Of a stretch of DNA of 64,000 nucleotides, positions 39,554-49,308 are shown piece after piece. Source of the DNA: Candidatus Poribacteria bacterium (GTDB lineage: Bacteria > Poribacteria > WGA-4E > JAJDTR01); assembly GCA_965222225.1 (NCBI GenBank), contig CBDCTK010000002.1, forward strand, positions 2,432,001-2,496,000. Reading direction: 5' to 3'. A program made the position numbers and the translations under genes. The stretch's first letter is position 1; each line of letters opens with the position of its first letter. The notes under the pieces are model-generated. The model did no database searches. It had not been told where the DNA came from and saw only the letters and a list, made by a program, of their open reading frames with translations.

Positions 39554-39766
39554 CTTCGCCCGTTCAACATCTCTCTGCTGTTTCGACTTGGTACCGCCGC
39601 AAAGCAACAGAATCGTAGAGGCATATCCTCTTTACGCAACACCTAGCCCGGATTTAGAAGACCATTTTAACCTATACATAACCTCAACCGCAACGGTGTT
39701 ACCAACATCTCCGATTCCATCTCCGCAGTAAACTAACCCGATTCGGAATTCTTGGTTCCTCAAAAC

Positions 39767-39795
39767 TTGACAAACTTTGGATTTCTTGATATAAT
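39767..39795 (+). promoter_or_regulatory. Consensus sigma70 promoter for the tRNA pair
   Basis: TTGACA-17 bp-TATAAT. Confidence 0.85.
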
Positions 39796-39813
39796 GAAAT
39801 CAACATGAGATGT

Positions 39814-39887
39814 TGCCCGGTCGTCTAATGGTAGGACGCATGGCTCTGGACCATGTTGCGAAGGTTCGAGTCCTTCCCGGGCAGCCA
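39814..39887 (+). tRNA. tRNA-Gln(CTG)
   Basis: Acceptor TGCCCGG/CCGGGCA, anticodon arm CATGG-CT-CTG-GA-CCATG, GGTTCGAGTCC, encoded CCA. Confidence 0.95.
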
Positions 39888-39891
39888 ATCG

Positions 39892-39963
39892 GGCGCTATC
39901 GTCTAGGGGTTAGGACGGGTGGTTCTCAGCCATCAAACCGGGGTTCGATTCCCCGTAGCGCTA
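39892..39963 (+). tRNA. tRNA-Glu(CTC)
   Basis: Acceptor GGCGCTA/TAGCGCT, anticodon arm GGTGG-TT-CTC-AG-CCATC, GGTTCGATTCC; CCA not encoded. Confidence 0.93.
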
Positions 39964-40202
39964 TTGTCTCTTGTGCGGGTTTGATACTCGACATCTACAA
40001 ATTTGAACGCCCTAAACGGGGTGGATACAGACTAAAAGCACCTAGCTATTCCTAGGTGCTTTTTTTATTGATCGTTTTCTGCTGTCGTCCGGGGTGTTTG
40101 ATGCCAGGGGAAACGCATCTAATTTTTCGGCGAAAATCGCCATATCCCCTATGTCCGCCTCTTGCTCTCTCCATTGTATGTCAGGTCTGGAGCGAGATAG
40201 CG

Positions 40203-40286
40203 GGAATCTCTATGGGTGTTGTATCAAGATTTACTATCGCCTTCCTTATCCAGTCAGTTGATCCCTCGTTATCCACTCGCTTGATT
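40203..40286 (-). repeat. Nested micro-elements (inner 40227-40263; outer split 40203-40215 + 40264-40286)
   Basis: Inner reverse complement GATCAA CT GA CT GGATA AG GA AG GC G ATAG TA AATCT; outer AATCAA GC GA GT GGATA AC GA GG...C ATAG A GATTCC. Confidence 0.75.
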
Positions 40287-40333
40287 TCTACAATCAGATG
40301 CGTTTCCCCTGATTTTAACGGTTACATCCCTTG

Positions 40334-40362
40334 TTGACGTCATCAAATAGTCATGATACAAT
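40334..40362 (+). promoter_or_regulatory. sigma70-type promoter
   Basis: TTGACG-17 bp-TACAAT upstream of AAAGGAG RBS and ATG at 40437. Confidence 0.55.
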
Positions 40363-40436
40363 GGGCTTTCGTTAATCGACCAACGCCGCCACAGAAGATG
40401 CCACATTTTCATTCTTGCGTCGAAAGGAGCGTTCTC

Positions 40437-41993
40437 ATGCAAACGCTACGAATTCTCTTCGTTTGTTTACTCCTCGGAATTGGACCGGTGACAGTCATTC
40501 TTGCAAGAGAAGTCAAGATTCTCGACATGGACGGGAAGCTAGGGGATACGTTCGGTTACGTCTCCATTAGCGGGGACACCGCCATCGTTGGGGCAAAGGG
40601 TAACGATGACCCAGTTCAGAATGGTGGTGCGGCCCATATCTTCGTACGCAGCAACGGCGAGGACAATTGGGTACACCATAAAAAACTCGCGCCCCCAGAC
40701 GTTAATAATGAGAGCCAGTTCGGAAAGGCTGTTGGCATCAGCGGAAAGTACGCCATCGGGGGGGCTTTGGAGGACGATTTCAAATTCCAGAATGCGGGCT
40801 CGGCTTATATCTATGAACGTACTGGGAAAAGCTGGCCACAGCGGGAAAAACTCACCGCCAGCGATGCTGCTGGAGGGGACGAATTCGGAACGTCTGTCGC
40901 TATCAGCGGGGACACCGCCATCGTTGGGGCACCGCGGCACGATGGAAATAACGGAAAAGATTCAGGGTCGGTCTATGTTTTCGTAAACATCGGCCGGCGT
41001 TGGAAAGAACAAGCAACCTTTACCGCCAGCGATGTAAGCGCAGGTGACCAGCTCGGAACGTCCGTGGCTATTAGCAGGGACACTGTCATCGTCGGGGCTC
41101 CCGGTAAAGCTGATGCCGGAAGGGAGTCAGGCGCGGCCTATATCTTCGTGCGCAACGGGGAAAAGTGGAATCAGCAGGCAAAACTTACCGCCAGCGATAC
41201 GGCTCAGAGGGACAAATTCGGCATCTCCGTCGCCATCAACAGAAACACCGTCATCGTTGGCGCTCTCGGCAAGGCCGACGCCGGGGCTTCTTCAGGCGCG
41301 GCCTACATCTTCGTGCGCAACGGGGAGAAGTGGAATCAGCAGGCGAAACTTACCGCCGCTGACGGGGCACAACTTGATAAGTTCGGCATCTCCGTCTCAA
41401 TTTTCCATAACACCGCCATCGTTGGGGCTAGTGGGGCAGATGATGGTGAAAAAAATGCTGGCGCAGCGTATTCTTTTCAGCGTACTGGCACATCCTGGGA
41501 GCAGAGGGCAAAGATCGTTCCCAGCGACGCGACAGAAAGTGACCAGTTCGGCATTTCCGTCGCAATTGGGGGGGAATTCGTCATCGTCGGGACTACGGGG
41601 CGTGACACATTTAAGGGCGTGGCATATATCTATCGGTCCATAGAAGATTTTCACCCGGTTGATCCATCTGGGCTGACAGTGACCACGTTGGGACAGGTCA
41701 AGCGGACCGCGCTATATCAAAACTTCCCCAATCCGTTCAATCCCGAGACCTGGTTGCCGTATCGCATAGCTTCCGCTGCACAAGTCACTCTTCGCATCTA
41801 CAATGTCCAGGGGCAGTTTGTCCGTGAGTTGGATCCTGGGCTGCAACAACCGGGAGGGTATTTGAGCAGGGAAACCGCTGCCTATTGGGATGGCACAGAC
41901 CAATTCGGAGACGCCGTTTCCAGTGGTGTCTATTTCTACACGCTCCAAGCCAACACGTTCGAAGCGACCCGGAGAATGGTCATTCTGAAATAG
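40437..41993 (+). CDS. Secreted FG-GAP repeat beta-propeller protein with C-terminal FlgD-Ig/T9SS-like sorting domain
   Basis: Signal peptide; about seven FGxSVAISGDTAIVGA...GAAYIF repeats, two of them near-identical in DNA 165 nt apart; C-terminal QNFPNPFNPETWLPY...YWDG...SSGVYFYTL. Confidence 0.88.
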   Translation: MQTLRILFVCLLLGIGPVTVILAREVKILDMDGKLGDTFGYVSISGDTAIVGAKGNDDPVQNGGAAHIFVRSNGEDNWVHHKKLAPPDVNNESQFGKAVGISGKYAIGGALEDDFKFQNAGSAYIYERTGKSWPQREKLTASDAAGGDEFGTSVAISGDTAIVGAPRHDGNNGKDSGSVYVFVNIGRRWKEQATFTASDVSAGDQLGTSVAISRDTVIVGAPGKADAGRESGAAYIFVRNGEKWNQQAKLTASDTAQRDKFGISVAINRNTVIVGALGKADAGASSGAAYIFVRNGEKWNQQAKLTAADGAQLDKFGISVSIFHNTAIVGASGADDGEKNAGAAYSFQRTGTSWEQRAKIVPSDATESDQFGISVAIGGEFVIVGTTGRDTFKGVAYIYRSIEDFHPVDPSGLTVTTLGQVKRTALYQNFPNPFNPETWLPYRIASAAQVTLRIYNVQGQFVRELDPGLQQPGGYLSRETAAYWDGTDQFGDAVSSGVYFYTLQANTFEATRRMVILK

Positions 41994-42091
41994 TATCAAA
42001 TGACCAGATGATGGCAGGAACACTGACCTAGATTGATTCCAGCCATCACAATTGAACTCGGCGAGCGTTTCCACCATCTAGCCAATGTTAA

Positions 42092-42220
42092 GAGCCTGTT
42101 TGAATAATCCAAATTCGTCTCTGAGAGTTGCCATTTTACGGGTAAATACTTTCAAAATAGCGTGACTTTGCCCATAAAATGACAAGAAATGACAGTCCCA
42201 CCTACTTTTCAACCAGGCTC
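42092..42220. mobile_element. MITE-A copy 2
   Basis: GAGCCTGTTTGAATAA...TTTTCAACCAGGCTC with TAA on both sides. Confidence 0.65.
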
Positions 42221-42223
42221 TAA

Positions 42224-42506
42224 ACTCGACTTTGTACATTTGAGCGAGGCAACAAACGGTGTCAATTAAGCGTTGAAGAAAAATGAAGAAGATTTTAACC
42301 ATCTGATCTTTTTGGTTAACCATTGAAAAAGTCTCCAGCGGTTGCTGATATTATGCAACCTGTCCGGATTTCTATCGCAGTCACTATGGGATCTTCTATC
42401 GCCTTCGCTATCCACTCAGTTGATCGTTCGCTTGATCCCCGCTGCGGGTTTGGTGCTTCACGGCTTTCCGCTCACCCAACCGTTGTACGTTTGTACAAAG
42501 TCGAGC
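42224..42506. mobile_element. MITE-B copy 2, central hairpin replaced by nested micro-elements (42366-42437)
   Basis: ACTCGACTTTGTACA / TGTACAAAGTCGAGC with TAA flanks; internal similarity to 23958-24216. Confidence 0.8.
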
Positions 42507-42891
42507 TAAAGATATTCTGACATTTCAACCGATTTTTCCGAGCGGATTGACACGACTAGATTTTTCTTTTTTTATCGGTTTTCCTCAAATCCAATAGCCT
42601 AAACTCGGGACAAGTCATCGTCTTGCCCCAAAAAGGCGCGTACGGGAGTTGGAGAATCTTATCCCCTAAAAAGTGTCAAGGTGTCTCCACGGCTAAGATC
42701 GATGATTTTGAAGAATCCGAGAATTTGGGATGACTCATGTCTAAGTGATAGGCAAATTGTCAATTTATTATTTCACACTATTCTCCCTCATTGGACGGAG
42801 CCACTAAAGCTTAGGACCTTTCATCTGTTTCGTGGTTGAAAGCATTTTAACTGGCTAAGGACGTACAACAAACCTAATATTTGGAAATGTC

Positions 42892-44268
42892 ATGATTAGA
42901 GCGGACGATTCGATTACGCCGGAATCTTTACTTCCGGATCTCGAGCACTTCTGGACGCTCTCCGGCGCGAAGATTAGGGCCATTGAAGCCAGCTGGAAAC
43001 CGGAGGACGGTTCGCCAGTCTTTACGGTCGAGGGACGCTACACGGCCCAGGGATGGACCGAATGGACACAGGGCTTTCAGTACGGCTCGGCCTTCTTGCA
43101 GTACGACGCCACTGGTGACGAGACATTTCTCGAAATCGGCCGGCGCAAAACCGTCGAGGTGATGGCGACACACGTCTCCCATACCGGCGTACACGATCAC
43201 GGCTTCAACAACGTCAGCACCTACGGGAATCTCCTGCGCCTGATGAACGAGGGTCGCATTTCTGAGAACGCATGGGAACGGAGTTTTTACGAACTAGCGA
43301 CCAAGCTTTCCGGCGCCGTGCAGGCGAGCCGCTGGTCCTGTACCGACGACGGCGGCGGTTACATCTATTCCTTCAACGGGCCGCAGTCGCTTTTTTCGGA
43401 CACCATCCGCTCGCTCCGTGTGCTGGCGCTCGCCCACCGACTGAGACACGTGCTGATGAGTGAGAGGGACGAGCCCGTATCCCTGCTCGGGCGTCTGATT
43501 CAGCATGCCTGTGCCACGGCGCGCTACAACGTTTACTACGGGGAAGGTCGAGACATCTATGACGTGCGCGGCCGCGTGGTGCATGAAAGTTTGTTCAACA
43601 CGAACAACGGAAACTATCGTTCCCCGAGTACCCAGCAAGGGTATTCACCGTTTTCCACCTGGACCCGTGGCTTGGCCTGGATCGTTCTGGCGTATCCCGA
43701 GCAGCTTGAATTCCTGGCGGTACTTGATGACAGTGAGCTCGAGCCATTCGGCGGGCGCGAATCCATCGAGGGCATTATGCTCAAAGCCGCAAAGGCGAGT
43801 GCCGATTTCTACATCGAAAATACGCCGACCGACGGCATCCCCTACTGGGATACGGGCGCGCCGGGCCTCGCTGCAATGGGTGATTATCTTCACCGGCCGG
43901 CAGATCCCTTCAACGAACATGAACCCGTGGACAGTTCGGCGGCAGGCATTGCCAGCCAGGGTCTGATTCGCCTGGGCAGCTTGCTTGAGCGGCGCGGCGA
44001 GACCGATGCGGGACTGCGCTACATCCAGGCAGGCCTCACCGTATTGAAAACGCTGCTCGATGACCCCTATTTAAGCCATTCCGAGGCCCACCAGGGGCTC
44101 ATCCTGCACGCGGTCTATCACCGGCCGAACGGTTGGGACCATGTGCCCCAAGGGCACGTCGTGCCTTCGGGCGAAGCCTGTTTGTGGGGAGACTACCATG
44201 CCCGCGAAGCGGCGCTTTACGTTCAACGAATGGCGAAAGGGCTGCCCGATTACAAATTTTTCGGTTGA
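42892..44268 (+). CDS. Unsaturated glucuronyl hydrolase-like protein (GH88)
   Basis: EWTQGF, HDHGF, QQGYSPFSTWTRGLAW, PYWD, DSSAAGI, WGDY. Confidence 0.82.
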   Translation: MIRADDSITPESLLPDLEHFWTLSGAKIRAIEASWKPEDGSPVFTVEGRYTAQGWTEWTQGFQYGSAFLQYDATGDETFLEIGRRKTVEVMATHVSHTGVHDHGFNNVSTYGNLLRLMNEGRISENAWERSFYELATKLSGAVQASRWSCTDDGGGYIYSFNGPQSLFSDTIRSLRVLALAHRLRHVLMSERDEPVSLLGRLIQHACATARYNVYYGEGRDIYDVRGRVVHESLFNTNNGNYRSPSTQQGYSPFSTWTRGLAWIVLAYPEQLEFLAVLDDSELEPFGGRESIEGIMLKAAKASADFYIENTPTDGIPYWDTGAPGLAAMGDYLHRPADPFNEHEPVDSSAAGIASQGLIRLGSLLERRGETDAGLRYIQAGLTVLKTLLDDPYLSHSEAHQGLILHAVYHRPNGWDHVPQGHVVPSGEACLWGDYHAREAALYVQRMAKGLPDYKFFG

Positions 44269-44291
44269 GGGAAATTTGAAAAGGTTTCCAA

Positions 44292-45761
44292 GTGAGCCAA
44301 AAACAGAGCTTTCGGCGTATCGCGTCGTTCAAGACGATTGACAATTTCCGCGAGCACCTTGAGCATCTTGGTCTGGAGTTGCCGACGGATGATGCGATCC
44401 TCACAGGCGATGATTCGCCGCTTTTAAAGCCAATCCGGTTCGGAGAACGCACGATTTGCAACCGTTGGTGCGTCCAGCCTATGGAGGGCTGGGACGGCAC
44501 GACCACTGGCGGCGTGACCGATTCCATGACCCGGCGGTGGCAGCGCTTCGGCATGAGCGGAGCCAAACTCATCTGGGGCGGCGAGGCAATGGCAGTACGG
44601 CCGGATGGCAGCGCGAATCCCAACCAACTCATCATCAACAAGACAAATCAGGCCGGCATCGCCTCGCTCCGGGAAGCGCTCCTGAGCTCGCATCGCAAGC
44701 GCTACGGAAACACCGACAATCTCCTGATCGGTTTCCAACTGACACATTCGGGTCGCTTCTCACGCCCGAAAAACGAGAAAACGCTCAATCCGCCCATTGC
44801 TTACAGGCACCCCCTTTTGGATCAGAAGTTCAGCATCACGAGCGATGCCGCTGTTTTGAGCGATGACGACATCAAACGACTAATCGACGACTATATCGCG
44901 GCGGCCGGCACGGCTTACGGCGCCGGCGCGGATTTTGTGGACATCAAGCATTGCCACGGTTATCTCCTGCACGAATTCCTGGGCGCCCACACGCGGCCGG
45001 GACCTTACGGTGGATCATTTGAAAACCGGACTCGCATTCTCCGCGAGGTTGTTGAGGGAATACGTGCTCAAGTGCCAGAGTTGGAGATTGCCGTCCGCTT
45101 GAGCACATTCGACTTTGTCCCCTTCAAGCCGCATCCCGACCATAGCACCGCGACCAAGCTCGGTCCGGGAATTCCCGAGGCCTATGACGACATCTTACCG
45201 TATCGCTATGCCTTTGGCGTGAATCCCGATGACCCCATCACTTACGACCTCGACGAACCGGAACACTTGCTCGCCCTGATCGAGTCGCTGGGGATACAGT
45301 TGGTCAATCTCTCGGCGGGTAGTCCCTACTATAATCCGCACATCCAGCGGCCGGCGCTTTTTCCCCCGAGCGACGGTTACCAGCCGCCTGAGGATCCACT
45401 GGTCGGAGTCGCACGCCAGATTCATGTGGTCAAGGCGCTCAAGGCCCGATTTCCGAATCTGATCCTGGTGGGTTCGGGCTACACGTATCTGCAGGAATAC
45501 CTCCCGCACGTGTCGCAGGCTGTGGTGCGCGCAGGCTGGGTGGACTCGGTGGGATTGGGGCGCGTGATGCTTTCCTATCCGGAGATCCTGGCCGATGCCA
45601 CCGATACCGGCGCGATTGACAAGCGGCGTATCTGCCGGACTTTTAGTGATTGCACCACGGCGCCGCGCAACGGGCTTCCGAGCGGCTGCTACCCGTTCGA
45701 CGATTACTACAAGTACAACGAAGATGCCAAGCGGCTCAAAGAGATCAAAAAGACGTTTTAG
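44292..45761 (+). CDS. NADH:flavin oxidoreductase (Old Yellow Enzyme family)
   Basis: [46 protein letters not shown]. Confidence 0.88.
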   Translation: MSQKQSFRRIASFKTIDNFREHLEHLGLELPTDDAILTGDDSPLLKPIRFGERTICNRWCVQPMEGWDGTTTGGVTDSMTRRWQRFGMSGAKLIWGGEAMAVRPDGSANPNQLIINKTNQAGIASLREALLSSHRKRYGNTDNLLIGFQLTHSGRFSRPKNEKTLNPPIAYRHPLLDQKFSITSDAAVLSDDDIKRLIDDYIAAAGTAYGAGADFVDIKHCHGYLLHEFLGAHTRPGPYGGSFENRTRILREVVEGIRAQVPELEIAVRLSTFDFVPFKPHPDHSTATKLGPGIPEAYDDILPYRYAFGVNPDDPITYDLDEPEHLLALIESLGIQLVNLSAGSPYYNPHIQRPALFPPSDGYQPPEDPLVGVARQIHVVKALKARFPNLILVGSGYTYLQEYLPHVSQAVVRAGWVDSVGLGRVMLSYPEILADATDTGAIDKRRICRTFSDCTTAPRNGLPSGCYPFDDYYKYNEDAKRLKEIKKTF

Positions 45762-45773
45762 CGGAGGTGTAAG

Positions 45774-46556
45774 TTGGCGAACACCCTCAACCGTGTGGCC
45801 CTGATCACCGGCGGAACGCGCGGCATCGGCCTGGGCATTGCCAAAGTTCTGGCTACGGACGGCTACTATCTTGCCTTAAACGGCGTCCGTGATGAAGCCA
45901 GGGTCAAGCCGGTATTGGAGGAACTCGAAGGTCTTGGCGTCAAGGTCGTGTACGTTCAGGGTGATATTGGCGAGACTAACGATCGCGAGACGATTCTAGA
46001 CGGTGTTCAAAAGTGTTTCGGCCGCCTGGACGTCCTGGTCAACAATGCCGGCGTTGCACCGGCTATCCGCGCGGACATTTTGGAGGCCGACGAGTTAAGC
46101 TTCAACGAACTCATGCGCGTCAACTGCGGTGGGCCGTTTTTTCTCACCCAAGCGGCTGCCCGATGGATGATCGAGCAGAAAGAAAAGGACGCCACGTATG
46201 CGGGCGTGATTGTCTTCGTGACGTCGATCTCGGCTGCGGTGGCCTCAATCAACCGCGGCGATTACTGCATGAGCAAAGCAGCGCTCAGCATGGCGGCGCG
46301 TCTTTGGGCCATTCGCCTGGCGAATCACGGCATTCCAGTCTATGAACTGCGCCCGGGAATCATCAAAACGGACATGACCGCCGACGTGAAGGAAAAGTAC
46401 GACCGCCTGATTGCCGAAGGGCTTACATTGGAACCCCGCTGGGGGTGCCCCGAGGACATCGGTCGCGCCGTCGCCGCGCTCGGGCGCGGCGATCTGCCCT
46501 ATGCCACTGGGCAGGTAATCGTACAGGACGGGGGCTTGACGGTGAGTAGATTGTGA
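45774..46556 (+). CDS. SDR-family oxidoreductase
   Basis: TGGTRGIG, NNAG, YCMSK, PGIIKTDM. Confidence 0.9.
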   Translation: MANTLNRVALITGGTRGIGLGIAKVLATDGYYLALNGVRDEARVKPVLEELEGLGVKVVYVQGDIGETNDRETILDGVQKCFGRLDVLVNNAGVAPAIRADILEADELSFNELMRVNCGGPFFLTQAAARWMIEQKEKDATYAGVIVFVTSISAAVASINRGDYCMSKAALSMAARLWAIRLANHGIPVYELRPGIIKTDMTADVKEKYDRLIAEGLTLEPRWGCPEDIGRAVAALGRGDLPYATGQVIVQDGGLTVSRL

Positions 46557-47152
46557 TTTCTTTGAAATCAATATGAAATCAGTGGATTGCGAAGAAATCA
46601 CAATCTGCCTCGGTTACATGGTGTGAACCTAGCAAAGCTGCAATCAGAATCAAGATTGGAGAACGCAGCCGGCCATGATAGACCTTCTAGCGTGACGCAC
46701 GCATTTTCGAATTGAATGCCGGCAAAGATTATCCATCTGTTTCGCTTTCGATTACAAGATGTTCCCTCATCTCGAGATGAAAGGTGCCATTCGGATTAAG
46801 GTGAGCGTATAGAGCAGGGTTAATGCGCGTAAATCCACTGCCCTGCCACGGAAAAAACGAACACATCCCTCAGAGCGTATGTGGAGAGTTAACTTGGTTC
46901 AACAAGCGATTACACAATGAACCACAATACCATAACTTCTCTTCCGCATTATCCGAAATCGGAAAGTTTGATTCTCAAATGCCACCGATCCTAGAATACT
47001 GGTAGAGTGAATGCGTAGACTGAGAATCACCCATGTTGGATAAACCCATTTACAAATCACAGGTTCTCAGCCGTTTTAACCGGATATAAGCCCCAAGACC
47101 TAGTATGGAAAATTTCGCAATTACATAAGTCTATGACGCGGAAGGTGAGTTT

Positions 47153-49069
47153 ATGGCTTTGAAGATTTCCACTTCGACTGCCGTTTTTGATGAACGGTCC
47201 ATTCTCGGAACATGGCTGAATGAGAGACTCCTGGATCCTGAAGAAATCCATCGCGAGATAGGACAATTCATCAAGGCCCGTATCCCGCCGCTTTCTCCTC
47301 CCGAAACCTTGACGGCGTGGCAGGATGAGAGCGACAGGTTGCGCCGACGGATTCTTGATGAGGTTGTATTTCGCGGGGTTCCGAACGAATGGATTGAATG
47401 GAAGCCCGAAGTTGTCTGGGGGGATTCGCTGGAAACCGGGGAGGGATACCGCATTCGGAAGTTGCGGTATGAGGCGCTTCCCCATCTGTGGATTCCCGCG
47501 CTCCTCTATGAGCCGATCAATCTTCAAGGAAAGCTCCCAGCGGTGCTGAACGTTAATGGGCACGTAGGCCCTAAAGGAAAAGCGATTCAGTATGAACAGC
47601 TCCGATGTATCAATCTTGCGAAACAAGGGATGTTGGCTTTGCATCCAGAGTGGCTTGTGTTCGGCGAGTTGGGGGATTTGGACTATAAGCACAATCGGTT
47701 GGCATATCTCGATCTCTGCGGATTAAGTGGGCTCTCAGTTTTCTATCTCGCCATGCGCAGCGGCCTGGATGTGCTTCTGGATCAGGCTGCTACGGATACG
47801 CAACGGCTAGCGATGACAGGGTTATCGGGCGGTGGCTGGCAAACGATTATCCTCGGATCATTGGACAAGCGCTTGTCTCTGCTGGTGCCGAATGCAGGAT
47901 ATATCGGATTGGATCAGCGCGTCGATCATCGATCTGACATCGGCGATCTCGAGCAAAATCCGACGGATCTGGTTTCAATCGCGGACTACACTCATCTTAC
48001 CGCCATGCTCGCACCACGTCCGACTTTGCTGATTTATAACGAAAAAGATGATTGCTGCTTTGTTTCAGAGCGAGCGAAACCTTCTGTTTTCGATCCAATC
48101 GTGCCATTCTACAGGCTCTTTGACCGTGAGACGGACTTTGAATTTTACGAGAACACGAATCCTGGGACACATAATTATGATCGGGACAACCGGCAGCAGT
48201 TTTACCGCTTCATCCATCATCACTTCCTCCCAGATGCGCCAATCGGCGAAGAAATCCCTTCCGAAACTGAATTGCTCAACCCGGATCAATTAGAGATGGG
48301 GCTACCTGAAGACAACGCGAATTTCTTTACATTAGCTCAGGCGCAACTTTCATCTCTGCCGAAAAATCGCCCGCCAACAGATGACCTACTTGCTGTCCAA
48401 AAGTGGCAGGAGAAGGCGCGATCTCGCCTTCTCAATCTGCTGAATTTGAAACCGATGCGAGCGAAGGCAATTGACCTTCGGCGCGCTTCACACGGAGAAC
48501 TGGAAGCCACATGGTACAGGTTGACTGTTGGGGAAGCGTGGAGCATTTCCGCACTGGTTGTGTCCAAAGCCTCTCCGCAGACCACAGTAATCACCTTCGC
48601 GGATGCTGGACGTGCGACAATGGAGGGGCTCATCAAGGAACAAATCGAAGCGGGTTCACGGGTTATTGCCGTCGATCCATTGTTCATGGGAGAATGCACG
48701 CCGAAGGGCGCTGCCCCGTCACATTACGCAATGATGATAGGGACGGTAGGTGAGCGTCCACTGGGGATACAGGTAGGCCAGATCGACGCAGTTGTAAAAT
48801 GGGCTTACCAGCAATACGGTGGTCAGCCGGTATACCTGCATTCTAGCGGATGGACTGCTGGAATTGTCGCAATCATGGCTGCCGGATTAAATCCGGATAG
48901 GATAGATCGGGTTGTCGTTCAAAATGGGTTGCCGAGTTTGAAACGACTCATCGAAGATCGTCTGGATTACGAGCAGTACCCCACGCTCTTCTGCTTCGGA
49001 CTATTGGAACAGTTCGACGTCGCGGAGCTAGTGGCTCTCTGTTTCCCCCGGAACGTAATAATCCAATGA
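47153..49069 (+). CDS. Acetylxylan esterase-like two-domain alpha/beta hydrolase
   Basis: NVNGH, TGLSGGG nucleophile, GDLEQ, APRP, GTHNY. Confidence 0.75.
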   Translation: MALKISTSTAVFDERSILGTWLNERLLDPEEIHREIGQFIKARIPPLSPPETLTAWQDESDRLRRRILDEVVFRGVPNEWIEWKPEVVWGDSLETGEGYRIRKLRYEALPHLWIPALLYEPINLQGKLPAVLNVNGHVGPKGKAIQYEQLRCINLAKQGMLALHPEWLVFGELGDLDYKHNRLAYLDLCGLSGLSVFYLAMRSGLDVLLDQAATDTQRLAMTGLSGGGWQTIILGSLDKRLSLLVPNAGYIGLDQRVDHRSDIGDLEQNPTDLVSIADYTHLTAMLAPRPTLLIYNEKDDCCFVSERAKPSVFDPIVPFYRLFDRETDFEFYENTNPGTHNYDRDNRQQFYRFIHHHFLPDAPIGEEIPSETELLNPDQLEMGLPEDNANFFTLAQAQLSSLPKNRPPTDDLLAVQKWQEKARSRLLNLLNLKPMRAKAIDLRRASHGELEATWYRLTVGEAWSISALVVSKASPQTTVITFADAGRATMEGLIKEQIEAGSRVIAVDPLFMGECTPKGAAPSHYAMMIGTVGERPLGIQVGQIDAVVKWAYQQYGGQPVYLHSSGWTAGIVAIMAAGLNPDRIDRVVVQNGLPSLKRLIEDRLDYEQYPTLFCFGLLEQFDVAELVALCFPRNVIIQ

Positions 49070-49308
49070 AGCGTGAGTTCACAAGTTCACGGGCTCATTC
49101 GCGCATCACGTTTCACACAGTAAGGAAATCTAATATTCTGTAAATGCAACTCAGGACCCCCCTACTGGTCTATCAAGTCGATGAGTGTATGCTCTTGTTG
49201 GTTGGCGTTTTACGACGCCACAACGGTTGTCGAAGCGGGTGCGGTAGAAGCCATAGAGCGAATTCCTTTCTTTAGGACAACAGCCGTCTCCTCACCCATT
49301 CTGCAATT

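Noticed and set aside
39814-39963. tRNA as an integration site for a prophage or island
   Set aside because: I saw no integrase and no duplicated tRNA 3' end in the window.
40056-40337. ORFs 40056-40337, 16527-16769, 42323-42520 and 24057-24251
   Set aside because: They are translations of MITE or micro-element sequence rather than genes.
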